Shown piece after piece: positions 27,371-40,290 of a stretch of DNA of 64,000 nt. Positions within the stretch are counted from its first letter, which is position 1. Every line of letters begins with the position of its first letter. The notes under the pieces are model-generated. The model was not told the origin of the DNA. It searched no databases and saw only the letters and a list, made by a program, of their open reading frames with translations. Position numbers and translations under genes: made by a program. Source of the DNA: the human T2T-CHM13v2.0 reference genome, Homo sapiens; NCBI RefSeq assembly GCF_009914755.1, contig NC_060933.1; one strand, 5' to 3'.

Positions 27371-27891
27371 TGTCCTGGCTCTGGCTAGTCTGGAGCCTGG
27401 GGTCACTGGGGCTGGCCTGCCACTAGAGTGGGCCAGAAAGCTGGGTTCAAGGGTGCTGACCGGATGCCTGGAACTTGTCTGTAAACTTGGTTGGGCCTAG
27501 AACCCACATCTGAGGGGTTGAGCCTTAGGGCCTAGGGCCTCTGATGTGGGCCTGGAGGCCTGGCACCAAGTTGCACTGGGGCCAGACTGGTTCTGGGGTC
27601 CATGGCAAAGTCTGATGCCCACTTTCCTCTTTTTCTCCAACATAGGAGTATCTTTGTCCATGCTGTCCTACTTGGGTTTTGAGGAGGAGTGATACAGAAC
27701 ACATAAAACTGTCCTTTTTACCCTCTTCTTTACATCTTTCTTATTTCTGTACTATACCCAGGTGCTATATCTCTCATCTGGGTTTCTTAGCTCTTATGAA
27801 GGCATTTTTGAGTGTGGATAGTCGTCTGTATTGATGTTCTGTGAGGAGCTGATTACTGGGAAGTCACATTCCACCATCTTGCTGATGTCAC
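27371..27891 (-). mobile_element. L1M-type 5'UTR including the 5' terminus, fused directly to the ORF2 3' part
   Basis: GC-rich 'gggcctggaggcctgg' repeats and the terminal 'ttccaccatcttgctgatgtca', the antisense of a CAAGATGG YY1-type 5' motif. Confidence 0.7.
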
Positions 27892-28569
27892 CAAACTAAA
27901 TAAATAAAATAGAACAATTCTGAATGACAAAAATTTAGATAACGTGACTAATCCAGTAGCAAAACTGACAGCCAAACAGCCTTAGTAAAAGTATGCAGTG
28001 CTTAAAAAAAAAAAAAAGGAAAGAAAGAAAACATTAAATGGCCTTACATGAGAATATATTCTCAAGCTATGAGAAGCTCCATCATTGTCTGATATACTTA
28101 TATCAAACTTGATTCACACATTTATGTGGCCTACTAACCCCTGTTGGCCTTTCACCTCAACAATCTAACTACTAACCACAGAATAAAGCTAAGTATAAAG
28201 ACAATCACTTTGATGGAGGTCACTTTTTTTTAATCTACCCTATGTGCAAACCTGTTTCCCTTCAGGTTTCATCAGCACCATGTGGGTCTCCATGAAGACA
28301 GCAGGATGCATGCCATCCTGGGACCAAGGAGAGTAGGACATATAACATAGAAAAGTAGAAAGGCTTCACTGTGTTGTTGCTGGAAGAGAGAACCTAAGAG
28401 AGTGGAACAAGAAGAGAGAGAGAGTCATAATTGGGGTTCTTTTCAGGGTACAAAACAGAAATGTCAAGTGTGTAGACAACAAGTCTCTAAGAGAAGCCCT
28501 ATACATGAAATGAGGTTGTAGCAGAAGAATGACAGAGGGATGTAGCTACAGATATAAACTAGAGATATC

Positions 28570-29058
28570 TTTCAAAGAATTCACCAATGAAACCATCTGA
28601 CCCTAGAGTTTTCTTTGTGTGAGTGTGTGTGTATGTGTGTGTGCTTCCTCTAGTATCCAATTCCAAGGTTTTAACAAATATAGAACCATTCAGTTTTTCT
28701 ATCCCATCTTCTCTCAATTATAGTAAGCTGCACTTTACAAAGAATTTTATTCTATCTTAATTGTGAAGTTATTCCCATAAAGTTGTTCATGATAGTCTCT
28801 TTTTAATATTTTAATGTCTGTTGGATCTCTAATACAATCCATTTGTAAATTTCTCATATGCGCAATTTTTGCAGTATCATATTTTTGATTAAGTAGGGGT
28901 TTATGACTTCTGTTGATCTTTTCAAAGAGCCAACTTTTGACTTTGTTTCTTTATTTTGTATTTCACAGATTTCTGCTCTCATCTTTATTAATTACTTCCT
29001 TCCCCTTTGAGTTTACTTAGTACTTCATTTCTTTCTCTTAAAATAGAACTTTATATCA
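28570..29058 (-). mobile_element. Old L1M ORF2 fragment, antisense
   Basis: 'gaattcaccaatgaaaccatctg..ttttctttgtg', 'ttgatcttttcaaagagccaactttt'. Confidence 0.75.
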
Positions 29059-29061
29059 TGT

Positions 29062-29211
29062 GTGAGTAAACTTTTTGTTAAAGGGCCAAATAGTAGACAT
29101 TTTAAGCTGTGCCAAATGAGGATATTCTATAGATATGTATATCAAGGGTATTCCATACATAATATATAACTATTTAAAATGTGGCCTTTTAAAAATGTTA
29201 AACAAATTCTT
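29062..29211 (+). mobile_element. MER58-like hAT-Charlie MITE, truncated by the L1PB element
   Basis: 'aaactttttgttaaagggccaaatagtagacattttaagct'. Confidence 0.6.
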
Positions 29212-32200
29212 GAGTAGGAGACGAAGAGGCAGATAGGAGGCAGAGTTAATGTTCATGTCCCACTTGAACAGACAAAACAATGTGTGAAGATTCACACTGT
29301 GAACTTTTGTTCCAAGAATCAGCAAAGGAATATACTAAGAAAACTGAAAGAAGTCACGGATCTTTTGAAAGAAATGGCACACCACTGCAAAATGCCTGTT
29401 TCTTGAGATAGGCAAAATCTGTGAGTTCCCAAAGTGTAAGAGGGGAAAAGCCTGCCTCCCAACATACATCCCCACTGGGGAATCTAAAAATCCAGATCAC
29501 AAGAGAAGGACTTCACCTCACCTGGAGCCGGAATGAATTTAGGGAGCTGTGTGAAACATAAAAGTAGAAACAGCCATGGTAAGAGTCTTGTAGGCGCTCC
29601 CAGTCTCCAGCTGGAGCCCTGGGAAGCCATCCCTGACTGTTTCTCACAGAAGCCCTCAGGGAAGGCAGCCAGCGGAATTAGGGAGGGGTCAAGGGCAAAA
29701 GAAGCTTCTAACTGGATATTGTGATAATTTCTACTTAGCACAAACTTTCTTGAGCAGAATCTTGGGAGCAAATGGGAACTGCTGAAGATATGGGTGCAGG
29801 AGCCCTTGCCATTGTGAGTAGATGGGGAGGGGTGTGGCTTGCTTTCTCAGTGGCGAAGCTTATGGCCTGAGGTAATTCTGAATTCTGCGTGCAGACTGCC
29901 TGAACCTAAACTCTGTGCTGTTATCGGGACACTGTGGGAGTGAGACTGGCCTTGCCAACTGTGTGGGAACTGGAGGAGGCCTTTTGCTACTGGCTATCCC
30001 CCACTTTCCTGGTGAACAATACTGCTAAGCAAAGCCAACCATACAAGCCTCTGGAACATAACCTCATTGGCCTAAGAACCACCCTCCCATCACCCACAGT
30101 GGCCCCAGCAAGCCCTCCCCTAGAAGAATCTGAGCTCAGGCCCACCAAACTCTGCCTCCACCTAATGGTATTTTTCTATCCACTCTGGTAGCAGAACACA
30201 AGATATAAACTCTTGAGGGCTTTATGGCCCTGCCCATTGCTTAAGAAACCAGTATACTTGCCCTCACCAACTAGGGCAAGCTCAAATCCCACTGTTAATA
30301 CCACAGGTGGGGCTCTCTTGAAAGTACCACTTCCTAGCTGGAGGCCAACCAACTCAGTCCATCACAGCAACTCAGGACAGAATAGCACTGCTCCTAGGAA
30401 GGAGTAAACAACAGTTAATACCACCACCTGCAACACTTTGGCTAACTAGAGGTCCTGAGTTGGACCACATGACAACTTCACTGCTAGCATAACCAACATT
30501 TGAGGAAGCCAGCACACTAAACCTATCCACAACCCAAGGATTCTCACAGAGTCTATGTCACTCCCCTGCCACCTCCACCAGAGCAGGTGCTGGTATCCAC
30601 AACTGGGAGACCTGAAGACTGGTCGTGTCACTGGACTCTTTGCAGACATTCCCTAGCGCCAGCCTGAAGCCTGGTAGCCCCTCTGGGTGGCTAGACCCAG
30701 AAGAGCAGTAACATTCACTGCAGTTCAGCTCTCAGGAAGCCTCATCCCTAGAGAAAGGGGGGAGCACGACACCAAGAGATGACCCTGTGGGAAGAAAGAA
30801 TCTCAACAACAGGATTTAAGTTCCAGATCTTTCTGCTGGTGGGTAGTTTCTCACAGCAGAGACACAATTGCAGTGTTGGGTGCAGTAGGGAAAGTCTACA
30901 CCTATAGCCCAACAGGCAGACAGCCCCTGTAACCATAAAGGGCCTTGGAAAAGGGGTCCTTGTATACCCCTGGCAGTCCACCGTAGACATAGCTGGGGCT
31001 TCTCCCACAGGAATGCAGCATGGATTCACCTATAGACAGTCTCTCTGGAACAATCCAGGGTGAGTACAGCTCCACAGGAGAAGTGCCCCCCAGATTCAGG
31101 CCTGCACAAGGGGCAGAGTCACAATTTCCCCCTACTTGGAACATCAACTTTCTGATAGATGAAAAGAGGTGCCTGTCTGATCTGAATAGCTGAAACACTA
31201 GGCCAAGAGTGAGTCTATGAAGTAAATCGCTTTCCTGCTGATCTGGCAGGGGAGCTAATGTAGTTCCCACTGTTCACTCTGATACAACCTCAGCACATCT
31301 AATTGAAAGCTCCCCAGCCACCCTCATCAAGGCTGGGACCTCAGCCCACCATTGAGTGTTACATCTACCCACCTGCCTTAGCCACAAACAGTGCCTACCC
31401 AGGGATACCTCCCTTATTGGCCTGAAGCCTGAATCATCAACTCAGTGAATAAAACACCAGGAAAAAATTAAAGTCTACACCATGAGAGAAAGAGTTAAGC
31501 TTGAAGAGATCTCTGCCATTCCAACTCCATCGGGGACAGTGAACTCATAATTTCATTAAAAAGAAAAACTCTGAACAGACCAATAACAAGTAGTGAGATT
31601 GAAACAGTAATTTTTTAAAATGCCAACAAAAAAGTCCAGGACCATTCACAGATGAATTCTATCAGACATTCAAAGAAGATTTGGTGGTACCAATCCTACT
31701 GAAACTATTCCAAAAGATAGTGAAAGAGAGCATCCTCTCTAAATCATTCTATGAAATTAGAATAATTCTAATATCAAAACAGGAAAGGACATAGCAAAAA
31801 AAGAGAAAACTATAGATCAATATCCCTGATGAACATAGATGCAAAAAATCCTCAACATAATACTAGCTAACTCAATCTAACAGTGTATCAAAAAATAATA
31901 AATCACAGTGAAGTAGGTTTTATACCAGGGACATAGGGATGGTTTAACATACACAAGTCAATAAATGTAATACATCACATATACAGAATTTAAAACTAAA
32001 ATCGTGTGATCATCTCAATAGATGCAGAAAAACCATTTGACAAAATCTAGCATCCCTTTATAATAAAATACTCAGCAAAATTAGCATAGAAGGGACACTC
32101 CTCGAAGTTTGATGGATGACATAAATAGAAAAATATCCAATGCTCATGAATAAGTAGAATCAATATTGTGAAAATGATCGTACTGTCAAAAGCAACCTAT

Positions 32201-33790
32201 AGACTCAATGCAATTCCCATCAAAATACCATCATCATTCTTGACAGAACTAGAAAAAAAAATTCTAAAATTCATATGGAACCAAAAAAGAGCTCTCATAA
32301 TCAAAGCAATACTAAGAAAAAGAACAAATCTGGAGTCATCACATTACCCAACTTTAAGCTACACTATAAGGCTACAGTTACCAAAATGATATGGTACTGA
32401 TATAAAGATAGGCACATAGACCAATGGAACAGAATTGAGAACCCAGAAATAAACCTAAATACTAACAACCAACTGATCTTTGACAAAACATACAAAAACA
32501 TAAAGTGGGAAAAGGACACCCTATTCAACAAATGGTGCTGGCATAATTGGCAAGCCACATGTTGAAGAATGAAACTGGATCCTCATCTCTCACCTTATAC
32601 ATAAAGCAACTGAAGATGGATCAAAGGCTTAAACACAAGACCTGATACCATAAAAATTCTAGAGGATAACATCAGAAAAACTCTTCTAGATGTTGGCTTA
32701 GGCGAAAAATTTATGACCAAGAACCCAAAAGCAAATGCAACAAAAACACAAATAAATAAATGGGACCTAATTACATTAAAAAGCTTCTGCGCAGCAAAAG
32801 AAATAATCAGCAGAGTAAAAAGACAAGCCACAGACTGGGAGAAAAATCTTGGCAAACTATGCTTCCTACAAAGGACTAGCACCTAGAATCTACGAGGAAA
32901 GAATTCTAACAAATCAGCAAGAAAAAAAACAAATAATGCCATCAAAAAGTGTCCTAAGGGCATGAGTAGACAATTCTCAAAAGAACATACACAAATGGCC
33001 ACCAAATATATGAAAAAATGCACACTAATTACCAGAGAAATGAAAATCAAAACCACAATGTTATACCATCTTACTCCTGCCAGAATGACCATAATAAAAA
33101 AAAAAAAAAAGATGTTGGCGTGGATGTGGTGAAAAGAGAACACTTTTACACTGTTGGTGGGAATGTAAACCAGTACAACCACTGTGAAAAGCAGTGTCAA
33201 GATTCTTTAAAGAACTAAAGGTAGATCTACATTTGATCAAGCAGTCCCACTGCTGGGTATCTAACCAAAGGAAGAGAAGGCATTATACAAAAAAGATACT
33301 TGCACAAGCACGTTTATAGCAGCACAATTTGCAATTGCAAAAATATGGAACCAGCCAAAATGCCCGTCAATGAACAAGCGAATAAAGAAAATGTGCTGTA
33401 TACATACCATGAAATACTACTCAGTCACAAAAAGGAACGAAATAATGGCATTCGTAGCAACCTGGGTGGAATTAGAGACCATTATTCTAAGTGAAGTAAC
33501 TCAGGAATGGAAAACCAAACATCATATGCTCTCACTCGTAAATGGAGCTAAGCTATGAGGACTATGATGATGCAAAGGCATAAGAATGATGCAATGGACT
33601 TTGGGAATTTGGGGGAAAGGGTAGGAGCGGGGTGAGGGATAGAAGACTACACATTGGTTACAGTGTACACTGATTGGATGATGGGTGCACCAAAGTCTCA
33701 GAAATCACCACCAAAGAACTTCTTCATGTACCAAAAAAATAAAAATAAAAAGGAAAACTAAGTAAAACAAAAAACAAAAATTAAAATTAA
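29212..33790 (+). mobile_element. L1PB1-like element with a long 5'UTR and two internal deletions
   Basis: 5'UTR 29212-~31545 ('gaagattcacactgtgaacttttg'). ORF2 pieces ~31565-32105 and ~32113-33555. 3'UTR 'gcaaaggcataagaatgatgcaatggactttggg...tcagaaatcaccaccaaagaactt'. A-rich tail. Confidence 0.9.
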
Positions 33791-33799
33791 ACTTCATCA

Positions 33800-35110
33800 C
33801 TTCTAAACAACATATATTGAAGTCTTGCTCTCTCCTTTTCTTCACTCATATGGGCTATTATTACTATTAATTATCATAATTAGTTTATTTAAATTTAATG
33901 TAACTATAGATATGTATGGATTTAAATACTTGTAGATATGGTTGGATTTACATCTCCCATTTTACGAATTGTTTTCTGTTTATCTGTCTTTTGTTCCTGT
34001 ATTACTGATTTCTGACCTATTTTCAAGTTCATTGAATATTTTTTATAATTCCTTTTTAATTTATCTTTTACCTCTTTGTTATACCTCATGGAGTTAATTT
34101 TTAATGGTTTGTTTCCTAAGTTTTCCTGAGGTACTTAGTTTTAACATTATACATCTTCACATAAATGTGAGAATCTTGAACTCCCCCCACTTTATGCTAT
34201 GGCTGCCATATGTATTACATCTACATGTGTTATTAACCTCACCATATGTTATAATATTTGTTTTAAATAACACGCATTTCAAATAAATAGGAAAAAATAA
34301 TCATTTATATTAACACCTATATTTACCCTTTCTGGTACCAATTCTTCCTAAACAGGAACTTCCTATCTTTACATTGGTATCATTTCTCTACAGCCTGAAA
34401 AACATTACCACTTCTTATATTGTAGGTCTGCTGGTAACAAATTTCATCATTTTAATTTATCTGAAAATGTCTTAATTTTATTTTTATTCTTGAAAGATAT
34501 TTCACAAGATATAAAATTTCCAGTGGGAAATCAGAAGTTACTTGTATTGCTCTTTCCCTGTATTTAAGGTCTGCCCTCTAAATTCTCCATTTATCTTTGT
34601 TTTTTCAGCAATTTGTCTTTGATGTACCTAGGTGTGATTTTGTTTTTCCACTGCTTGTAGTTTAATGCTTATATGAAATCTATAAATAAATGGTTTTCAC
34701 CAAGTGAGAAAAATGTAGTCACCATTTTTCTAAATATTTTTTCCATCCACTCTCTTCTCTGATTCTAGGGTTTCAATCTCACAAATACTAGATATTTGAT
34801 ACTGTCCTAGAGATCACTGATAACTCATTCTTTTTTAAAAGTTTTTATTACTTTCTCTTTTTCAGGTTGTATAATTTCTAATAATCTATGTGCAAGTTCA
34901 CTGACTATTTAGTCATCTCCAACGTGACCTCCAACTTACCTTATTTTTCTCATATTATCTTTTTAGGCATAGAATTTCTATTTGGTTATATTTTATAGTC
35001 TCTATTTCCCTGTTGAGATTCTCTACATTTTCATGATTAACAACTACATATTATTTTACATGTTTGAACATAGTTATAACATGTGTCACATCAAGATTGA
35101 TTTTCATTAA
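33800..35110 (-). mobile_element. Old L1M(C/D) ORF1/ORF2-junction region, antisense
   Basis: 'gtaggtctgctggtaacaaatt', 'ttatctgaaaatgtctt', 'gatgtacctaggtgtgatttt', 'ccctgttgagattctct'. Confidence 0.7.
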
Positions 35111-35324
35111 TTGCATTTATATTTAACTGTATGATATGACTTTTCATTTTTGCTTAAATAAGTTGTCAATTAGTATCATTTTTTAACTAAAATGTTCTTT
35201 ATCAAGCGGTTGTATTACTATTACAGCACAAATTAATAGCTATACCAAGGTTTACTATAGATACATAATTATGAAAATATTTGGTATTTTTATATTCCAC
35301 ACTTGAAAAACAAGAGCAATGAAG

Positions 35325-35637
35325 CTGCATCAATGAGAAAATGGGATTTAGGCACAATTCTGCCACTAAGTATGTGAATATGCATAAATACATTTCCCTT
35401 TGTAGGCCTCTTTACCCCATCCACAAATCACGATGTTGGTACATAATTATCTGAGGTGCTTTTAATACATTTGATACTTGGGAACAACCTCAGACCAACT
35501 GAAACTGGATGTCTGTGTGTATTACCTGGCTTTGTTTGCTTTTCTTTTAAATACTGCTAGGACAGCTTCCTGTATAGCAAATTTTGTGAACCACTGTTCT
35601 TAAGGGTTCTTTCTGTTCTACCATTCTGAAATTCTAA
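35325..35637 (+). mobile_element. MIR3/MIRc fragment with a nested MER5-like piece
   Basis: 'tctgccactaagtatgtga', 'cctcagaccaactgaa..gaaccactg', 'ttctaccattctgaaattcta'. Confidence 0.5.
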
Positions 35638-36464
35638 TCACTTCCTTCAAGTTATGATATTTTAAACATGACATATTCTTATTTTCTGGAAATAACGAGC
35701 TCTAAGTTATCTATATTTCAGTTCATCTTGGTATATTATTATATTTTATTGAATTATATATATATATATTTCAATATCCTGGGCAAAGCACCCAAGGCAA
35801 TAGGCTTTTCAATACTCTCCAAATTACTGATTTTCTTTTCAAAGTTGCTAAGTCAAATGAATTAATCATTCAAAGCCATATATTATTGTATGAATTCTTA
35901 TCATGCTTTATATTAAAAATATCCACATTAAAACTTACATGTTTCACTTTAATGTTGATAGTGGTTTGATATGTAATGTTACATTTTCTGTAAGAAAAAA
36001 AGAAATGCGAGTATCAAGAATTCGATTCCACCAAATTATCCTGAAATATATTTAGTAAAAATAGACTATTTAGCCACACTGAGAAAAGTAAACCTGTCTG
36101 ATTATTTTTTAGCCCTTTGGCCTGGGTTCTAAGATTAAAAATGGCAAATACTTTGGGCCTGGATAATAATTCTAATCTCCCAATCTGCTAGTAGACATTA
36201 AATAATTGATTATGGCCTACTGTCCTATTCAGTTCGAATGCATCTTTAAAATCTCCCAATACAGGAAGTCACTATGAGTCTCTCAGACTTGAAACTTTAG
36301 ATGAAAACTTTTCGTCATGTCTAATGTTAAAATAGTCTGTTTTACTGTTGGTGAAACAAAGGCTTAAAGATGTTAAATAACTTAAATAATTTATAAGTGG
36401 AGACACAAGGATTTGAAATGAGGAAATTTAAACCAACACTCTGTGGTTATCTGATTGCCAAACT

Positions 36465-36556
36465 AGAAGAGAAAGAGGAAGAGAAGGGAAAGGAAAAGGA
36501 GCAGAGGGAGAGAGGAAGGAGGGAGGAGGAAGGGAAGGGGAAGGGGAGGAAGGAAA
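36465..36556. repeat. GA-rich low-complexity tract
   Basis: Directly visible. Confidence 0.85.
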
Positions 36557-36933
36557 TTATTAAAGTTGAGACAAAACCGGAGCACCCATTTTTATGCTTT
36601 GTATTTTGTTGTGCCCAAGTGCCTCCCCAAGCTTCAAAAATTATTTATATATCAAGTGCATGGAAAATTGACTATAAAAAGTTCAGCAAGAACATGAACA
36701 TGGATATGTGGTTCACGTGGCAGAGAAATCCATAAACTAGGGATTGAAGCCCTTAAATTATTTAACATCAATAACTCACTGTACTTGCTACGAATCCTAG
36801 CTTAACAAGCATATTCTTGAATGTGAATGTTTCTTATCTATACTGATATCTAGGAAGTATAACAAGTATAACTTTCTTACTAAACATCTAAATCTTACAT
36901 TAGAAAATAATTACCACTCAAACATTTTTAAAG

Positions 36934-36934
36934 A

Positions 36935-36988
<54 letters not shown>

Positions 36989-37142
36989 AGGAAGGAAAGA
37001 AGGAAAGAAAGAAGGAAGAAAGGGAGGGAGGGAAGAGGAGGGGAGGGGGAAGGGAAGGAAAGGAAGGAGGGAGAGAGACAGAGAGAGAGAGAGAGAGAGA
37101 AGAAAGGAGAAGGGGAAGGGAAGGAAAAGAAGGAAGGAAAGG
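36934..37142. repeat. Compound (GT)n-(GA)n-(GGAA)n microsatellite
   Basis: About 11 GT units directly followed by about 15 GA units and ~150 bp of almost pure purine. Confidence 0.95.
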
Positions 37143-39424
37143 TTTTGACCAAAACATTCTATTCAGTACTTCTATTGAAAAAAAACTATAGTAGTTCTAC
37201 AGTGATTTGGGAAGAAAAAATATAAAAACAACTTCAAGGTTTTTTATCCATAAGTTAATGACTAGAAACGTGGTGAACATTTTAAGCAGTTTTTCTCTAG
37301 TATTTTAATCAAATTAACCTATTATTTTCCAATTATATAATCAAAGACTTAAAAGAGTAAAGGAAATCTCTTCTAAAGGGATATGATTTATTTTTTGGCA
37401 TAATATATTTGTCTCCAAAGCACTGTTTCCAAGTCGCAATATGGTATTGCATGTATTTATGTAATTCTGCATGTGCAATTGAAACAAAACTCACTTTCAT
37501 TTTAAGTGAATATTTTTACCTTCAGTTTTAGATTTTTGCTAGCCAAATATATGTTAATAACATGTACTTATTACTTGGGACAGAGCAAGCAGTCTACCAA
37601 TCTGATAATTTTTCTTAATAAATTTTTGTATCCAGAAGTATTACTGATCCATGCAAAGAGCTGATTTCTCTTTAAAATTATGTTCATCAATTTCAGATAT
37701 TTATTTTTCTCTATATAAATATTCACTGTGGACATTGGTAAACCTAAGAAGAATAAAATAGTTGCATGCTCCCATTTTTGTATGCCACAAGAAGGTCAGT
37801 TTTACCTACCAATATTAGAGTATATCTAGACAGAAATTTAATATTATTTAGTCCAGAAAAAAAAACTTATAAAACAACTTGCAAATTAGTGTTCCCTTAA
37901 GGTGACCAACAACTTAATCTTGGAGAGTGAAAAGAAATCCAGATTTAATTTATTATGAAATCCATATACTTGTTAGAAAGGTACAGACCAGACTGATTTT
38001 TATGACTGATTATTTGGAGAATGCGTTTAGAAACTGACCAAATTGGTAGAAATATATTAATTTTGACCAAGCGAGTTTTATTAACTCCATATTATCAAGC
38101 ATAGTCAAAAGTTGACTGTATAATCATCTAATCTGCAAAACCACTGTGAAAGGCAACGTTATCTATTGCAATGGTAATGAAAGCATTAGGGAACTATATG
38201 GGGAAGATGGTGAGGTACTCTATTCTCTTCTGATTTTCAAAGTAATGGGATTTGCTATTTTAGTACAGAAGAAAACCTCTGGGTCTTTTGGTATTTGACT
38301 GAACTTTAAATACTAAATCTGTCTTGGCATTGCTGAGCCTGTATTCTCTGTATCTGTATTCTCAAAGCCATGTCTACATTGGAACAGTAAAAAAGTGTTT
38401 GACAGTCCATGATTAAGAAAATTTGAAGGTCTGCTACTGCCCTCCTTCGTCGCACTTAGTAATGTTAAACTCACACTTCTGAACTGGTAATTTACCTATT
38501 AAATGGAAATTGCCCTACAGTGCGCAATATTTATGAAAAGGACTGCTAAGCAGATTGATTATTTTAACAGTTACCAGAGTAAGTGTTTAAATTACTTCAG
38601 AAATGAAGCTATTTTCAAACTTTCAAAACTATATACTATTGCATGCACGATGCTAAATTGTCATTCATTAATCAGCTGGTCTCAAATATTAATTTTGTCT
38701 TTTTTTGTAAGACTGATGTTCACACATTGTTAAGTATAGAATTACCATCAGGAAATATGGTAATACTGACCTGTTATGGTCATTTGATATTAATGTTCTA
38801 TTATAGACATTATTATCAAAGCAAAATTCTTTATAAAATAATTAAATCAGTTTACAGAATGCCTATGATGACTACTAAATGATTATTAGAGGTGATAGTA
38901 TTCAATGGCCCCCAAAATGTAGTTAAATCAATGCATTTTTACTCTACTATGTCAGTATAGATTAATAGAACACTTCTGAAAGGACTATGGTAATAAGTAG
39001 CAAAAAACAAAGCTTTTCATGCCCTTGCTATAGTTATTCCATTTTGGGAAATTTCTCCTAAGGAAATAATTCAACAAAGGTGATAAAATATATTCCTAAA
39101 AAATATTCAATGCAGCTTTACCCGTAATAGAATAAATGTTCAACAATAGGGAAAGACTTGCTAAATCATAGTACATTAATACATTTGGGATATTACATAG
39201 CTATGAAAAATGATCATTATTAAGACTAAGAGGAGACAACTGTTTGTAATATAATTTCAAGTGGCACAAAAGAAAGCATGGACTGTGATTTATACTTGAC
39301 ATAAACTGTGTAAAATAAGCTATTTGCAAATAGCAATAGGAAAGTAATAAGCAAAAATGAAAAACACCTGCTCCATTTGTATGAAAAGTCATAGGTAATT
39401 GCTTTTCATTTTATTTCTTTATAT

Positions 39425-39655
39425 TTTGTACTGTAGCACTGTAGGGTGAATATGGTTAACAACAATTTAGTGTAGATTTTCAAAAAGCTAGAAAAGTCTA
39501 TGTTTGCTACACAAAGAAATGATAAATATTCAAGGTGATGAATATGCTAAGTACCTTGATTTGATCATTACACATTGCATTCATGTATCAAAGTATCACT
39601 CTGTGTCCCAGAAATATGTACAATTATTATGTGTCAACTCAAAATGAAGAAAATA
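39425..39655 (+). mobile_element. L1MA5-like 3' end
   Basis: 'tagcactgtagggtgaatatggttaacaac..ttgatttgatcattacacattg..tatgtacaattattatgtgtcaa'. Confidence 0.85.
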
Positions 39656-39744
39656 GTGAATATAACAATAAAAATAAAGACACCAATAATATATCCCAGG
39701 TGAAAGACCACAGTACAGTCAGAAAAGCTGAAACAATTATAGAT

Positions 39745-40290
39745 TTTTTTGAAATAAACTATTGTTTAGAGAAATTTTAGATTCACACCAAAACTGAGCA
39801 GAAAATATAGGAAGTTCCCACAGCATCTGCGCCCACACATGCCTAGCCTCCCTTACAAGCAGTATCTCCGCCAAAGTGGTACATTTGTTACAGTTGTTGC
39901 ACCTACATAGACAATTCATCACCACCCAAAGTCGATCGTTTACATTAGGGATCACTCTTGGTGTACATTCTATGAGTTCTGACAAATGTATAATGACAAG
40001 TGTCCACCGTGATAGTATTATACGGAATGGTTTTATGACCACCCAAATCCTCTGTGCTCTGCTTATTTATTCCTGCCTCCCTCCCTTCCCCGTGTAAGCC
40101 CTGGAAATCACTGACTTGTTTTTTGTTTTGTTTTGTTTTTGTTTTTAAACTTTACTAGTTTATTACGAATGATATAACTTGGGGAACAGCCAAAGGAAAG
40201 GGATGCATAGGACAATTTTTTAAAACTCTGATATTTTTACTGTTTTCTCCTACTGGTTTTTAATGAGTGTTAAGAGTTCTTTGTGTATTT
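39745..40290 (-). mobile_element. L1MC1-like 3' end, antisense (interrupted at ~40115-40215)
   Basis: 'gtggtacatttgttacag..cacccaaagtc..tttacattaggg..cactcttggtgtacattctatg'. Confidence 0.8.

Noticed and set aside
36918-37191. Overlapping low-complexity ORFs (similarly at 14439-14813, 55190-55526 and 60424-60751)
   Set aside because: They are translations of microsatellite or polypurine tracts.
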